Part shown: positions 18,143 to 26,547 of the stretch, piece by piece | Numbering within the stretch: the first letter of the stretch is position 1 | Layout of the letters: every line of letters begins with the position of its first letter | Assembly: GCA_945905925.1 (NCBI GenBank) | Contig: CAMDQN010000004.1 | Location: 22,975-86,974, forward strand | Length of the DNA stretch: 64,000 nucleotides | Direction: 5' to 3' | Source: Singulisphaera sp. GP187 | Lineage (GTDB): Bacteria > Planctomycetota > Planctomycetia > Gemmatales > Gemmataceae | Program-made: the position numbers and the translations under genes | Notes under the pieces: generated by a model | The model's input: only the letters and a program-made list of their open reading frames with translations | What the model was told of the DNA's origin: nothing | Databases searched by the model: none

Positions 18143-18148
18143 TATAAT
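18143..18148 (+). promoter_or_regulatory. Putative -10 box of ssrA
   Basis: Perfect TATAAT ~35 nt upstream of the mature tmRNA 5' end; no canonical -35 seen. Confidence 0.5.
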
Positions 18149-18182
18149 ACCGAAGCCTATCGAAGGAGTAGGTACTTAACCG

Positions 18183-18589
18183 GGGGGCGATCTGGTATCG
18201 ACCGGGTGTCGGAAGTGTTCGGTGGCGTGTCGTGGTTGATCAGCTGGCCACGTAAAAAGCCGATCAAAATTTAACTGCTGAACCGCAGTACTCCCTCGCG
18301 GCGTAAGACCCGCGAGCCGTTCCGGCCTCTTCGCCTGAGAGGTGCCGGTTCGGACGCAAGTCAGGCTCGCGGGAACTCGAGGGCTGGGGACACTACCCAG
18401 TTCGCTTCGGCGGCCGTTCCTGCTAAAAAAATCTGGCCGATAGTTGTCCCGGAGTCCCGCCCGTTGGAACCCGGTCCGACAAACGCGTGGTAACCTCGCA
18501 AGGGGTGTATCGCGGGAATTAACGGGCTACACACGTAGATGCCGGCGCGGAAGCGCCTCGGGACCGGGGTTCGATTCCCCGCGCCTCCA
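18183..18589 (+). ncRNA. ssrA: tmRNA (one-piece, ~407 nt); tag (A)AEPQYSLAA encoded at 18277-18306; 3' CCA not fully encoded
   Basis: 5' GGGGGCGATCTGGTATCGAC; T-arm GGGGTTCGATTCCCC; acceptor stem GGGGGCG/CGCCTCC with G3-U wobble and discriminator A; internal frame GCT GAA CCG CAG TAC TCC CTC GCG GCG TAA ends in the typical LAA degron. Confidence 0.97.
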
Positions 18590-18593
18590 CTCA

Positions 18594-18623
18594 AACGGCC
18601 CGGGGCTTTCGCCCCGGGCCGTT
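18594..18623 (+). terminator. ssrA terminator hairpin
   Basis: Perfect 13-bp stem AACGGCCCGGGGC/GCCCCGGGCCGTT, TTTC loop, followed by CGTATTTC. Confidence 0.8.
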
Positions 18624-18658
18624 CGTATTTCACCCGACCGAACTCGACGCTCCACGAA

Positions 18659-19065
18659 ATGCCCGTGCCGGTCGGACTGTCCGTGGACCCGCACGGCTGG
18701 CAATCTCGTCGTGACCGAGAAGGAACCGCCGCGGTTGGTTCGGATCAAGTTCGACGGCACTGCGCCGTGAACTCGGACAAGGACACCGGCACGCCGCACT
18801 TCGTCACGGTCCACAAGTCCGGGCGGGTGTTCTGGTCGGGCTTCCCCGATGGCGACCGGCCGCACCGCCGAAGGTCAGGTTGGACCCACTGTCTTTCGGC
18901 AGTTCGTCGGCATTCTTGTCGTCCAGCGCGGCCGTGGTAATCGTCAACGCGATCGGTAAGAAGGTGAGTGAGATCAAGATTCCGAAGGGCAGCGACACCA
19001 ACCGCGCGGCGGGATGACCGCCCCACTCTTCGTCGCCATCGACAAGGCGTTCGACTCCTGCCATC
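18659..19065 (+). pseudogene. Decayed SMP-30/gluconolactonase-like beta-propeller gene
   Basis: Pieces in alternating + frames: MPVPVGLSVDP / TAGNLVVTEKEPPRLVRIKFDGT / DTGTPHFVTVHKSGRVFWSGFPDG / TAEGQV / VVIVNAIGKKVSEIKIPKGSDTNRAAG* / LFVAIDK. These resemble the family's PxG..D..GNL, PDG..D.EGNL and ..G..L..I.VP...TN..FG..LYV motifs. Confidence 0.55.
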
Positions 19066-19111
19066 CGTCGGACGCTCCGATAAACGCGGACACTCCTTTG
19101 CGAGACCATCG

Positions 19112-22100
19112 ATGCAAACCCGTTACGCGCTCTCACTGGCACTGCTGCTTCCGGTCGTCGCCTCGGCAGAGCCGCCAAAGCCGGTGCCGCACCCTGAAGT
19201 CACCGCGACCGACAAGGCGATCAAGGGTAGGCTCACGGCCGACGAACAGAAATCGCACATGAAGTGTCCGCCTGGGTTCGCGGTCGAGTTGGTCGCGGCC
19301 GACCCGCTCGTCATCAATCCGGTGACGATGACCGTGGACGAAAAGGGCCGCATCTACGTCAGCGAAAGCCACACCTACCGCTACGGTCCGAACGGCGCGC
19401 CCGTCAAGCCGTTCACCAACCCGGTCGTGCGCCTCGACCCGACTCCCGACGGCAAGGGCTACACCCGCACCGTCGTGGCCGACGGATTCGACGACCCCGT
19501 CATGGGTATCGCGGTCAAGGGCGACAAACTTTGGCTCAGCGCGAACAACTATCTGTTCACCTTCGACCTCGGCGCCGACGGCAAGGCGACGAACAAAAAG
19601 ACTCTGGTCGTGGACAAGAACAAGGCGTGGAACCCGTTCGGCATGTTCGTATTGGAGTGGGGGCCGGACGGGCTTCTTTACCTGAGCGTCGGCGATCACA
19701 ACATCCACCTGCAGGGGCCGAGCGGTGAATTGAAAGGGCGGGGACGGACGGGCTTCGTGGCCCGGATGAACCCAGACGGGACGAACATGGAGTACCTCGT
19801 CCACGGGCTACGTGTGCCGTACTCGTTCGAGTTCGACCCATTCGGGCAGATGTGGCTGCTGTCCAACGGCGAAGGGAACCCGAACCGGTTCCTGCGGGTT
19901 ATCGCGGGCGTCGATTACCACTGCTTCACTCGCGGCGTCGATAACAACTGGCTGGCCGGGAACCACCCGCTCGCCCCGCCGTGCTTCGAACTGCCGGGCG
20001 GCGCGCACACGCAACTCCTTCGCTACTACGGCGCGGCGTACCCGTCCGCATATCGAGGGAGTCTGTTTCTCGACAACTGGGGACGACACGGGTTCGCGGG
20101 GGCCAACCGCGCGGTTTTTCGATATGTCCCCGACGACGCCGGGAGAATCACCGCGAAGGAACCGTTTTTGTGGTCCACCGACCCGCACTTCCGACCGGCG
20201 CACATCGGCCTCGACCCCGACGGGAACATGCTCGTCGCCGACTGGTACGGGCGCGACGACGAGAGCGACCTGACCGGGCGCATCTGGCGTGTGCGGTACG
20301 TCGGGAAAGACGCACCGAAGCCAGTCGCGGTCCCGGAGCCGAAGACGCTCACTGTCGCCGATGCGGTCGCCGGACTCGGTTCACCGAGCCACCGCGTTCG
20401 CGAAGTCTGTACGGACTATCTGCTGAAGGCAGACTCGACAAAGGTCGTTCCCGCGCTGTCCGACGCGGCGGCGAAGGCGACCGAAGTGCTTGGCGCCGCG
20501 AACGCCTTGTGGCTGCTGGCCCAACTCGGAACTCCAGACGCGAAGTCAGCGCTCGGCTCCGGCGCGAAGCACACGGACGCGAAGGTTCGCCGGCTCGCGG
20601 TCGAACTGGTCCGACGGTACAAGGCTCCGAACGTGGCGGAAGTGGCCCAGTCGCTCGGGAAAGACGAGAACCCGTCGGTGCAAGTCGCCGCGGCGCTCGC
20701 GCGGCCGGACGCCGAATCCCGCAAGGCTCTCGTCGTCGCCCTGAGTGGCGGGGCGAGCGACGTTCACCTGCGATACGAGGCCGCGTGGCATTTGGCCAGG
20801 CTCGGCGGCGCGTTCAAAGAGTTGCTCGCCGCCCCAAACGCCGACATCGCCCTCGCGGGTCTGATCGCGGTGGACGTGGCGTGTTACGAAAACTTCCCCA
20901 CCAAGCCGGAATCGCTCGCGGCGCTCAAGGCCGCGCTGGCCGCGCCTGGGTCGGCCGACACGAAGTCACTTCTCACGCTCGTGCAACAACACGGTGACAT
21001 TACGTTCCGCCCCGCGATCGAGGCGCTACTGGCGAAGCCCGAGTTGCCCCCCGCGGTCGTCGGGCGGGCGCTGCTGTTCTTGCGCGCGAAGGGCGGCCCC
21101 GCGCGGAAACTGGAGGAGAAATTCGCGGCGAGTCTCGCCGACGCGGTCGACGCCGGGACGCTCTCGCTCGACAAGCCAGACGACCTCGTGGCCGTGTTCG
21201 CGCTGCTCGAAGCCGGCGGCCCGACCCCGACTGCGTTGAAGCTGATCGGCAAACAACTCGAGACGAGCAACCGCGAGGTGCGGGACGCCGCTCACGCCCT
21301 CGCCCGCCGGTTCGGGCCGAAGGCGGAACCGCTCGCGAAAGCTCTGTGGGTCGTGTTACGTGACGAGAAGAAGGTGGCAGCGTTCGGGCCGGAGGCGGTC
21401 GCCACGCTTGCCCGCATCGAATCGAAGCCGGACGAGGAGAAGTGGCGCGGATTGCTCGCCGCGAAGGACGCGGCCATGCGCACGGAAGCGGTCCGTGCGT
21501 GGCGCGCGTTCAAGGGCAATACCGCACTGACGGACATTCTACTCGGCGAGGCGCCCGCGCTCTTGAAGGCCGATCCCGGACTGGGCGATGACCTCAGCGC
21601 GGTGACACGCGCACTCGCACTGCCGGCGGAGAGGCTCAAGTTGCTCGCGCTTCCGGCTGCGGTCACCGACAAGGAGGCGCTGGCCCGCGACACCGCCGCG
21701 GCGCTCGCGAAACTCACGCCGGCTGATCGCACCCGGCGTGCGGTCCTGGGTCAACAGGCGTTCGAGCGCGCCAGTTGTACCAAGTGCCACACAACCGCGA
21801 CACAGACGACCGAACTGGCCCCGTCGCTCAAGGGCATCGGTGGCCAGAAGATCGAATACCTGGTCGAGTCGGTCCTGCACCCGTCGAAGGTCGTCAAACT
21901 TGGGTTCGAGACCGAGACGGTCCGCACGACCGACTCGCGGACGCTCTCCGGACTTGTGCGCGACGAGGGCGACACGATCCTGGTACTAACGGCCGACACG
22001 ACTGTCCGGGTTCTGAAGGCGGACATCGAGAAGCGGACCGTCACGAAGCTGTCGGTGATGCCCGAGGGTCTGGAGGCCGCGATCGGGCGCCGCGAGTTCG

Positions 22101-22135
22101 AGGATCTGATCGTCTACCTGGCTTCTCTGAAGTAG
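19112..22135 (+). CDS. PVC-type heme-binding CxxCH protein (sugar-dehydrogenase-like propeller + HEAT repeats + cytochrome c), 1007 aa
   Basis: Signal peptide; PPGFAVELVAADP.VINPV...DEKGRIYVSE; GPDGLLY; FRPAHI..DPDGNMLVADWY; HEAT-like helical region; SCTKCH; LVESVLHPS; SVMPEGL...DLIVYL. Confidence 0.9.
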   Translation: MQTRYALSLALLLPVVASAEPPKPVPHPEVTATDKAIKGRLTADEQKSHMKCPPGFAVELVAADPLVINPVTMTVDEKGRIYVSESHTYRYGPNGAPVKPFTNPVVRLDPTPDGKGYTRTVVADGFDDPVMGIAVKGDKLWLSANNYLFTFDLGADGKATNKKTLVVDKNKAWNPFGMFVLEWGPDGLLYLSVGDHNIHLQGPSGELKGRGRTGFVARMNPDGTNMEYLVHGLRVPYSFEFDPFGQMWLLSNGEGNPNRFLRVIAGVDYHCFTRGVDNNWLAGNHPLAPPCFELPGGAHTQLLRYYGAAYPSAYRGSLFLDNWGRHGFAGANRAVFRYVPDDAGRITAKEPFLWSTDPHFRPAHIGLDPDGNMLVADWYGRDDESDLTGRIWRVRYVGKDAPKPVAVPEPKTLTVADAVAGLGSPSHRVREVCTDYLLKADSTKVVPALSDAAAKATEVLGAANALWLLAQLGTPDAKSALGSGAKHTDAKVRRLAVELVRRYKAPNVAEVAQSLGKDENPSVQVAAALARPDAESRKALVVALSGGASDVHLRYEAAWHLARLGGAFKELLAAPNADIALAGLIAVDVACYENFPTKPESLAALKAALAAPGSADTKSLLTLVQQHGDITFRPAIEALLAKPELPPAVVGRALLFLRAKGGPARKLEEKFAASLADAVDAGTLSLDKPDDLVAVFALLEAGGPTPTALKLIGKQLETSNREVRDAAHALARRFGPKAEPLAKALWVVLRDEKKVAAFGPEAVATLARIESKPDEEKWRGLLAAKDAAMRTEAVRAWRAFKGNTALTDILLGEAPALLKADPGLGDDLSAVTRALALPAERLKLLALPAAVTDKEALARDTAAALAKLTPADRTRRAVLGQQAFERASCTKCHTTATQTTELAPSLKGIGGQKIEYLVESVLHPSKVVKLGFETETVRTTDSRTLSGLVRDEGDTILVLTADTTVRVLKADIEKRTVTKLSVMPEGLEAAIGRREFEDLIVYLASLK

Positions 22136-22465
22136 CTGAACACGGGAGGTGAGTCGTCCGCATCAGTAGGGGGCTTCCACCTCTGGCGGCGAGGACGATT
22201 CGGTCGCGCGTGTACGTCGGTTCTGGTTCGTTGGGCGTCCTGCTGCCGGATTCTCCGAACCGCCCGTGTTCTTTCGCTCTCGGGCGGTTCACCACACCCC
22301 AACCGTTGCGGGCGCAACCGGGCCGACACCGCGAGTCAAGGCATCGACTGCCTGTCGTGGGAGGGAAATGGGAACGGAACGCGAAGGTTTACACCAGCGC
22401 TGACGCTCCGAGTTCGCCATGCTCTCCCGTTCGCGCTCTAGAATTCGCGGCAGGAGGTCGATCGC

Positions 22466-23206
22466 ATGCGTGTGCTGGTGGTCGCGGACATCCACGGCAA
22501 CCGGGCCGCGCTCGAAGCGGTTCGCGAGCCCTTCGATATGTGTCTGTGCGTCGGCGATGTCGTTGACTACGGCCCCGAACCGGCGTGGTGCGTGGACTGG
22601 GTGCGCGCGAATGCGGCCCACTGTGTGCGCGGCAACCACGACCATGGCGTGGCGCAGAACGTCGATATTCAAGGCGTGGGCGGGTTCCGTTACCTCACCT
22701 CTGTCACGCGGCCCCTCACGATCACGGCTCTCTCGACCGACCAACGGCGATATCTGGCCGAACTGCCCACGTCGCGCATGTTCACGCTCGATGGCAAGCG
22801 GTTCCTGATGGTTCACGCCACGCCACGCGACCCGATGGACGAGTACGCCTCCGCTGACCCCGCGTTCTGGGAGCCGCGTCTCGCGCGCCTCAAGGTCGAT
22901 TACGTCCTCGTCGGGCACACACACCTGCCGTACACACTTCAGGTCGGGAGCGCTCTCGTCGTGAACCCTGGCAGCGTCGGGGTCAGCCGCGACGGGAACC
23001 CGCACGCAAGCTACGCGATCATCGACGCTGGCGAGGTGCAGTTGAAGAGAGTGGAATACGCGATCGAAGAAACAATCGCCGCGACGGAGGCGACAGTTCG
23101 CGACGCGGTCGCGCGGCTGATGCTCGCCGACATCTTCCGCACTGGGGGCATGCCTACGCGCTGGTTGCGTAACGGCGCCGCGCCCAACGGAAACGGCGCG
23201 CACTGA
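22466..23206 (+). CDS. Calcineurin-like metallophosphoesterase (YfcE family), 246 aa
   Basis: ADIHGN, GDVVDYG, GNHD, HATP, GHTH, NPGSVG; AGGAGG RBS. Confidence 0.92.
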   Translation: MRVLVVADIHGNRAALEAVREPFDMCLCVGDVVDYGPEPAWCVDWVRANAAHCVRGNHDHGVAQNVDIQGVGGFRYLTSVTRPLTITALSTDQRRYLAELPTSRMFTLDGKRFLMVHATPRDPMDEYASADPAFWEPRLARLKVDYVLVGHTHLPYTLQVGSALVVNPGSVGVSRDGNPHASYAIIDAGEVQLKRVEYAIEETIAATEATVRDAVARLMLADIFRTGGMPTRWLRNGAAPNGNGAH

Positions 23207-23402
23207 CATTGTTACTTGACCAATTGCCCAAGTTTGGGACCGTTGTCTAGCGTTGGTTCTGGAGGGGCCACCGCTCTGGATCGTAGCTCCTCTGGGGCCA
23301 GCGCAAAACGACCGCACGCGACGCAACTGCGGTACTTCCTCTTGTGTTGCTTCTGCCCATTGCTATACCCCACCCAAAATCAGGGGCGCGGGAGAAGCGA
23401 AC

Positions 23403-23627
23403 ATGCGGGCGTTCATCGCTCTGGTCGTCGTGTGCATGGCGACCGGGTGTTACCACGATAAGTACAACGTGAACGGCCCGAAGGTGGAAGACTACCAGCT
23501 TCCGCCGAACGAGGCTCGCTACACCGAGCCGGACAAGGCGACCTACCGCGCGCCGCCCGCGCCCAAGAAGGAAGAGAACCTCAAAGATCGCGGTAAGGCG
23601 GGTCCGAGCGGCCTTGGTGGGCTGTAG
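23403..23627 (+). CDS. Small putative lipoprotein, 74 aa
   Basis: GGAG RBS; MRAFIALVVVCMATG-C lipobox-like signal; Pro/Lys-rich mature part. Confidence 0.65.
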   Translation: MRAFIALVVVCMATGCYHDKYNVNGPKVEDYQLPPNEARYTEPDKATYRAPPAPKKEENLKDRGKAGPSGLGGL

Positions 23628-23813
23628 CGGTTGCGCCGATTGCGAATCGCACACCGGTTACGCGCGAGGACGGGCGCGTCGGTTATGGCCAGCGTGTCGG
23701 CCGTAGCGGTTCGGACAATCCCTTCGTCCTCCCATTTTCACAGAACCCCCGCAACGGAACAGTCGCTCGGACGATCTCCATATTAGCTCCCCGCGGTCGC
23801 GGAGGGAGACACC

Positions 23814-24716
23814 GTGGAGTACCTCGTGTCGCGCAACTTGTTCGCACTCACGTTCCTGCTCGCTCTGGCCGTAGTCGGTCCGGCCACGGCCGGTCCCGGT
23901 GGGCTGTTCGTCCGCAAGCCGAAGGTCGACGAGGCGAAGGCCCACGCCCTGATTGAAACGCTGAAGAGCGACCCCGACGAGAAGAAGCGAAAGGCCGCGG
24001 CCGACGAACTCGGCGGGGCCGACACGCGGACCTGCCCAGACGTGGCGCCGGCACTGATCGCTGCGCTGCGCAAGGATGCATCCGTGGCGGTCCGAGTCGA
24101 AGCCGCGGAGGCGCTCCGCCATTTGGGGGAAACTTTTCCACAAGCCGGGGTCGCGCTGGAAGCCGCCGTCGAGAGCGACCCGTCGCCGCTGGTGTGGCTC
24201 GCCGCGAAGCGGACGCTGTGGGAGTACCACTTAAACGGCTACCGCACCAGTAGTAAAAACGCAGACGGTTCCGCTGGTCAAACGATCGAGCCGCCGATTG
24301 CTAGCCCCAACGCGCCGCGTCCGGCAGTGGTGTTCATCTTGGCCCCACCAGCGCCGCGGGTGGCGCCGGTCGCGGTGACGCCCGTTCCAGAGTTGCCTGC
24401 GGTAGCGTCGCAACCGGTCCCGCAGCCCGGTCCGTGGTTGCTCTGGCCGAACGTCTTGCCAGGTTCGCGTACCGCGATCCGCTCCGCGCTGAATCTCGGC
24501 CCGCCACCAGTTCTGAACATGACGAGCGAACCGCCACTCGCGAAGAAGTTGGTCGGCCCACCGGTTACGGTCGAGATTTCGACGGCCACATCGGAACCGC
24601 CACGGAAGCTCCCGAGACCGCCGATGGTGGTTGAGTCGCTCTCGCCGGGCCATGTGCCGACGCTTCCGCCGTTCCAGCCTGAGTTGCCTTCGGTGATCAC
24701 GCCACCGGGGAAATAA
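23814..24716 (+). CDS. Secreted HEAT-repeat protein with Pro-rich C-terminal half, 300 aa
   Basis: GGAGGGAG RBS; signal peptide; LKSDPDEKKRKAAADELG, LRKDASVAVRVEAAEAL, ESDPSPLVWLAAKRTL. Confidence 0.75.
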   Translation: MEYLVSRNLFALTFLLALAVVGPATAGPGGLFVRKPKVDEAKAHALIETLKSDPDEKKRKAAADELGGADTRTCPDVAPALIAALRKDASVAVRVEAAEALRHLGETFPQAGVALEAAVESDPSPLVWLAAKRTLWEYHLNGYRTSSKNADGSAGQTIEPPIASPNAPRPAVVFILAPPAPRVAPVAVTPVPELPAVASQPVPQPGPWLLWPNVLPGSRTAIRSALNLGPPPVLNMTSEPPLAKKLVGPPVTVEISTATSEPPRKLPRPPMVVESLSPGHVPTLPPFQPELPSVITPPGK

Positions 24717-24722
24717 GAGATA

Positions 24723-24793
24723 TTCCAAGTTCAAGAGTTCCAAGTTCCAAGTTGAAGGCAGGAAGCCACGGGCCTTCAACTTGGAACTTGGAA
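24723..24793. repeat. Heptamer-based (TTCCAAG) inverted repeat between convergent HEAT genes
   Basis: Perfect 21-bp arms, TTCCAAGTTCCAAGTTGAAGG (24738-24758) and CCTTCAACTTGGAACTTGGAA (24773-24793), plus extra upstream units. Confidence 0.85.
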
Positions 24794-24798
24794 GTTCG

Positions 24799-25716
24799 TT
24801 ATGTGCCCTGGATTTTGCGAACGGCCTGCTGCGCGGTCTGTCGCAGCGGTTCGGGCGCGTGGCACGCCGCCTCGCGCAGTTCGACGAGCGCAGCGGAAGC
24901 TGTCTGACCAATGCGCCCGAGCGCCTGCGCCGCGAACACGCGACAGTTCATCTCAGCGGACACACCTTCAACCGAATTCATTTGAGGCGGAGTGAGCGTC
25001 TCGCTGTCGGCACCGACTTCGATCGCAGTGGGCGTAAAGGATGGCGGTGGCGTTCGGGTGAGCGCGGCGTCTGAGCCGCGAAGGATGCGCGCCAGGAACG
25101 GCACCGCGGATCGCGCCGCGGCGCCCATCCAACCGATCGCGAGCGCCGACTCGCCGCGCACGAACGGGTCCGCGTGTTGGAGGTGCGCGATGAGCGCGGC
25201 GAGCGCGGGCGAACCGATTTGGCTGAGCGCTTTCGACGCGAGCCGGCACAGCACGATGTTCGTGCCGCGCATCGTTTCCGCGAGCGGTACGACACTCTCG
25301 GCGCCGTCGGTGCCCATGTTCCCGAGTGCTTGAGTTGCGCCGCTCGCGGTCCGCGGGTCGACATCTTTCAAAGATTGACACAAATCAAAAAGCGCCGGGC
25401 GCGCGAGCGGGCCGAGTTTGCCCAGCGCCCAGACCGCGTGCCGTCGAACGTACTTATCGGTGTGCCCGAGCATTGCGATGAGCCTGGGCAGTGATTCCGG
25501 CCCCATACTGCCGATCGCGTGCGCGGCGGCTTCGCGCACCTTCGCGTCTTCGTCGTCGAGAGAGCCGACAAGAGCCGGTGTCGCGTCGCGCGCGAGCCAC
25601 CCCAATCGGCCCAAGTCCTTGGCCGCTCGCAGGCGGTCCACTGGGTTGTCGTCCCGCAGCGCGCGGACGAGCGCGGGCAGCGGGTCGGCGGCGGTCGTCG
25701 CATCTGGTTGTTGCAC
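24799..25716 (-). CDS. HEAT-repeat (PBS lyase-like) protein, ~305 aa
   Basis: Repeated 'vpaL...L.D.d..VR..AA.ALg.mG' units; GTG start inferred. Confidence 0.8.
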   Translation of the reverse strand: MQQPDATTAADPLPALVRALRDDNPVDRLRAAKDLGRLGWLARDATPALVGSLDDEDAKVREAAAHAIGSMGPESLPRLIAMLGHTDKYVRRHAVWALGKLGPLARPALFDLCQSLKDVDPRTASGATQALGNMGTDGAESVVPLAETMRGTNIVLCRLASKALSQIGSPALAALIAHLQHADPFVRGESALAIGWMGAAARSAVPFLARILRGSDAALTRTPPPSFTPTAIEVGADSETLTPPQMNSVEGVSAEMNCRVFAAQALGRIGQTASAALVELREAACHAPEPLRQTAQQAVRKIQGT

Positions 25717-25840
25717 GCTTATCCGTCGCTCGCCACGGGAACCGAACCGGTTGACTCCACAACCACGACCAACCTTAGTTCGCCCCGCCCGCACTGCAAC
25801 CGCCCCGGCCCGATTTTGACCGTGCGCGAATATTGCTTCC

Positions 25841-26494
25841 TCACAGTTGAGGAGAAGAAACAGAGCCCGACGCATTTGGGCCGCTTTCGATCCGATGCGC
25901 CCAGAAGCGACGCTTGAGGTAACGAACTGCGAGTAGGACGCCAAAAAACCAAGTAACAAAGTTGATTCGCGAACCCCAAGAAGCGAACACCACAGCGGCG
26001 TTAAACACCACGAACGCGATGAAACCGTGGATCGTCCATTTCAACCAACTCGGTCGTGTGAGGTAGGAATGGAAAGCAATGCACGCCCAAAGCGCATCGG
26101 CGAGCCACACGAGCGCAAAGGCGTAGTTCACGAAGACCCCGTCGCCGTACCCACCAACTTGCTTCGTGTGTTCCCAGGCGACTCGGTGCGACCAACCGTG
26201 TCCGATGTGGAAGGCGACCGCGATGTGAACCCAGCACAACAAACAAGCGAGCGACCACTGGAACCGCATGACGCCGAAGTCCGGTCCGATCGGCGTACCG
26301 GGCTTCGCGAACGCGATCATCCAACCGAAACACCACAGCGTGACCGGCCAGAACGCTGACCTTGCGATCGCCCGATTCGCGGGGTCCGTTCCAACCGGTT
26401 CGGTCAGCGCATGTCCGGCCAGTGCAACGAACATCGCCGCAGTGATAAGCCACGCGATGACCGCCCTCAATTGAAGCCGTCGTGCTTCCGCCAT
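25841..26494 (-). CDS. Conserved hypothetical membrane protein, 217 aa
   Basis: Strong RBS GGAGGAGAGGTG; several TM helices; HIAVAFHIGHGWSH...HT...GVFVNYAF.LVW.AD motif. Confidence 0.75.
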   Translation of the reverse strand: MAEARRLQLRAVIAWLITAAMFVALAGHALTEPVGTDPANRAIARSAFWPVTLWCFGWMIAFAKPGTPIGPDFGVMRFQWSLACLLCWVHIAVAFHIGHGWSHRVAWEHTKQVGGYGDGVFVNYAFALVWLADALWACIAFHSYLTRPSWLKWTIHGFIAFVVFNAAVVFASWGSRINFVTWFFGVLLAVRYLKRRFWAHRIESGPNASGSVSSPQL

Positions 26495-26547
26495 ACATCA
26501 CCTCTCCTCTCCCATTCTTTCACCAGTCTACACGCGGAGCTGCGCGT

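Noticed and set aside
18560-18592. tRNA-like T-arm and acceptor end
   Set aside because: It is the 3' tRNA-like domain of the tmRNA; there is no anticodon arm.
19029-19060. FVAIDKAFDS resembles a retroelement reverse-transcriptase motif
   Set aside because: No YxDD or other RT motifs nearby; it fits better as the last strand of the decayed gluconolactonase-like gene.
18804-19178. Minus-strand ORF with a hydrophobic stretch
   Set aside because: It overlaps the start of the heme protein gene and is the antisense shadow of the plus-strand pseudogene.
22257-22290. 10-bp hairpin in the 330-bp gap after the heme protein gene (possible riboswitch or sRNA)
   Set aside because: No recognisable riboswitch consensus; more likely a weak terminator.
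24723-24793. Short repeats as a possible CRISPR array
   Set aside because: The units are 7 bp with no unique spacers, and there are no cas genes. No CRISPR array was seen anywhere in the window.
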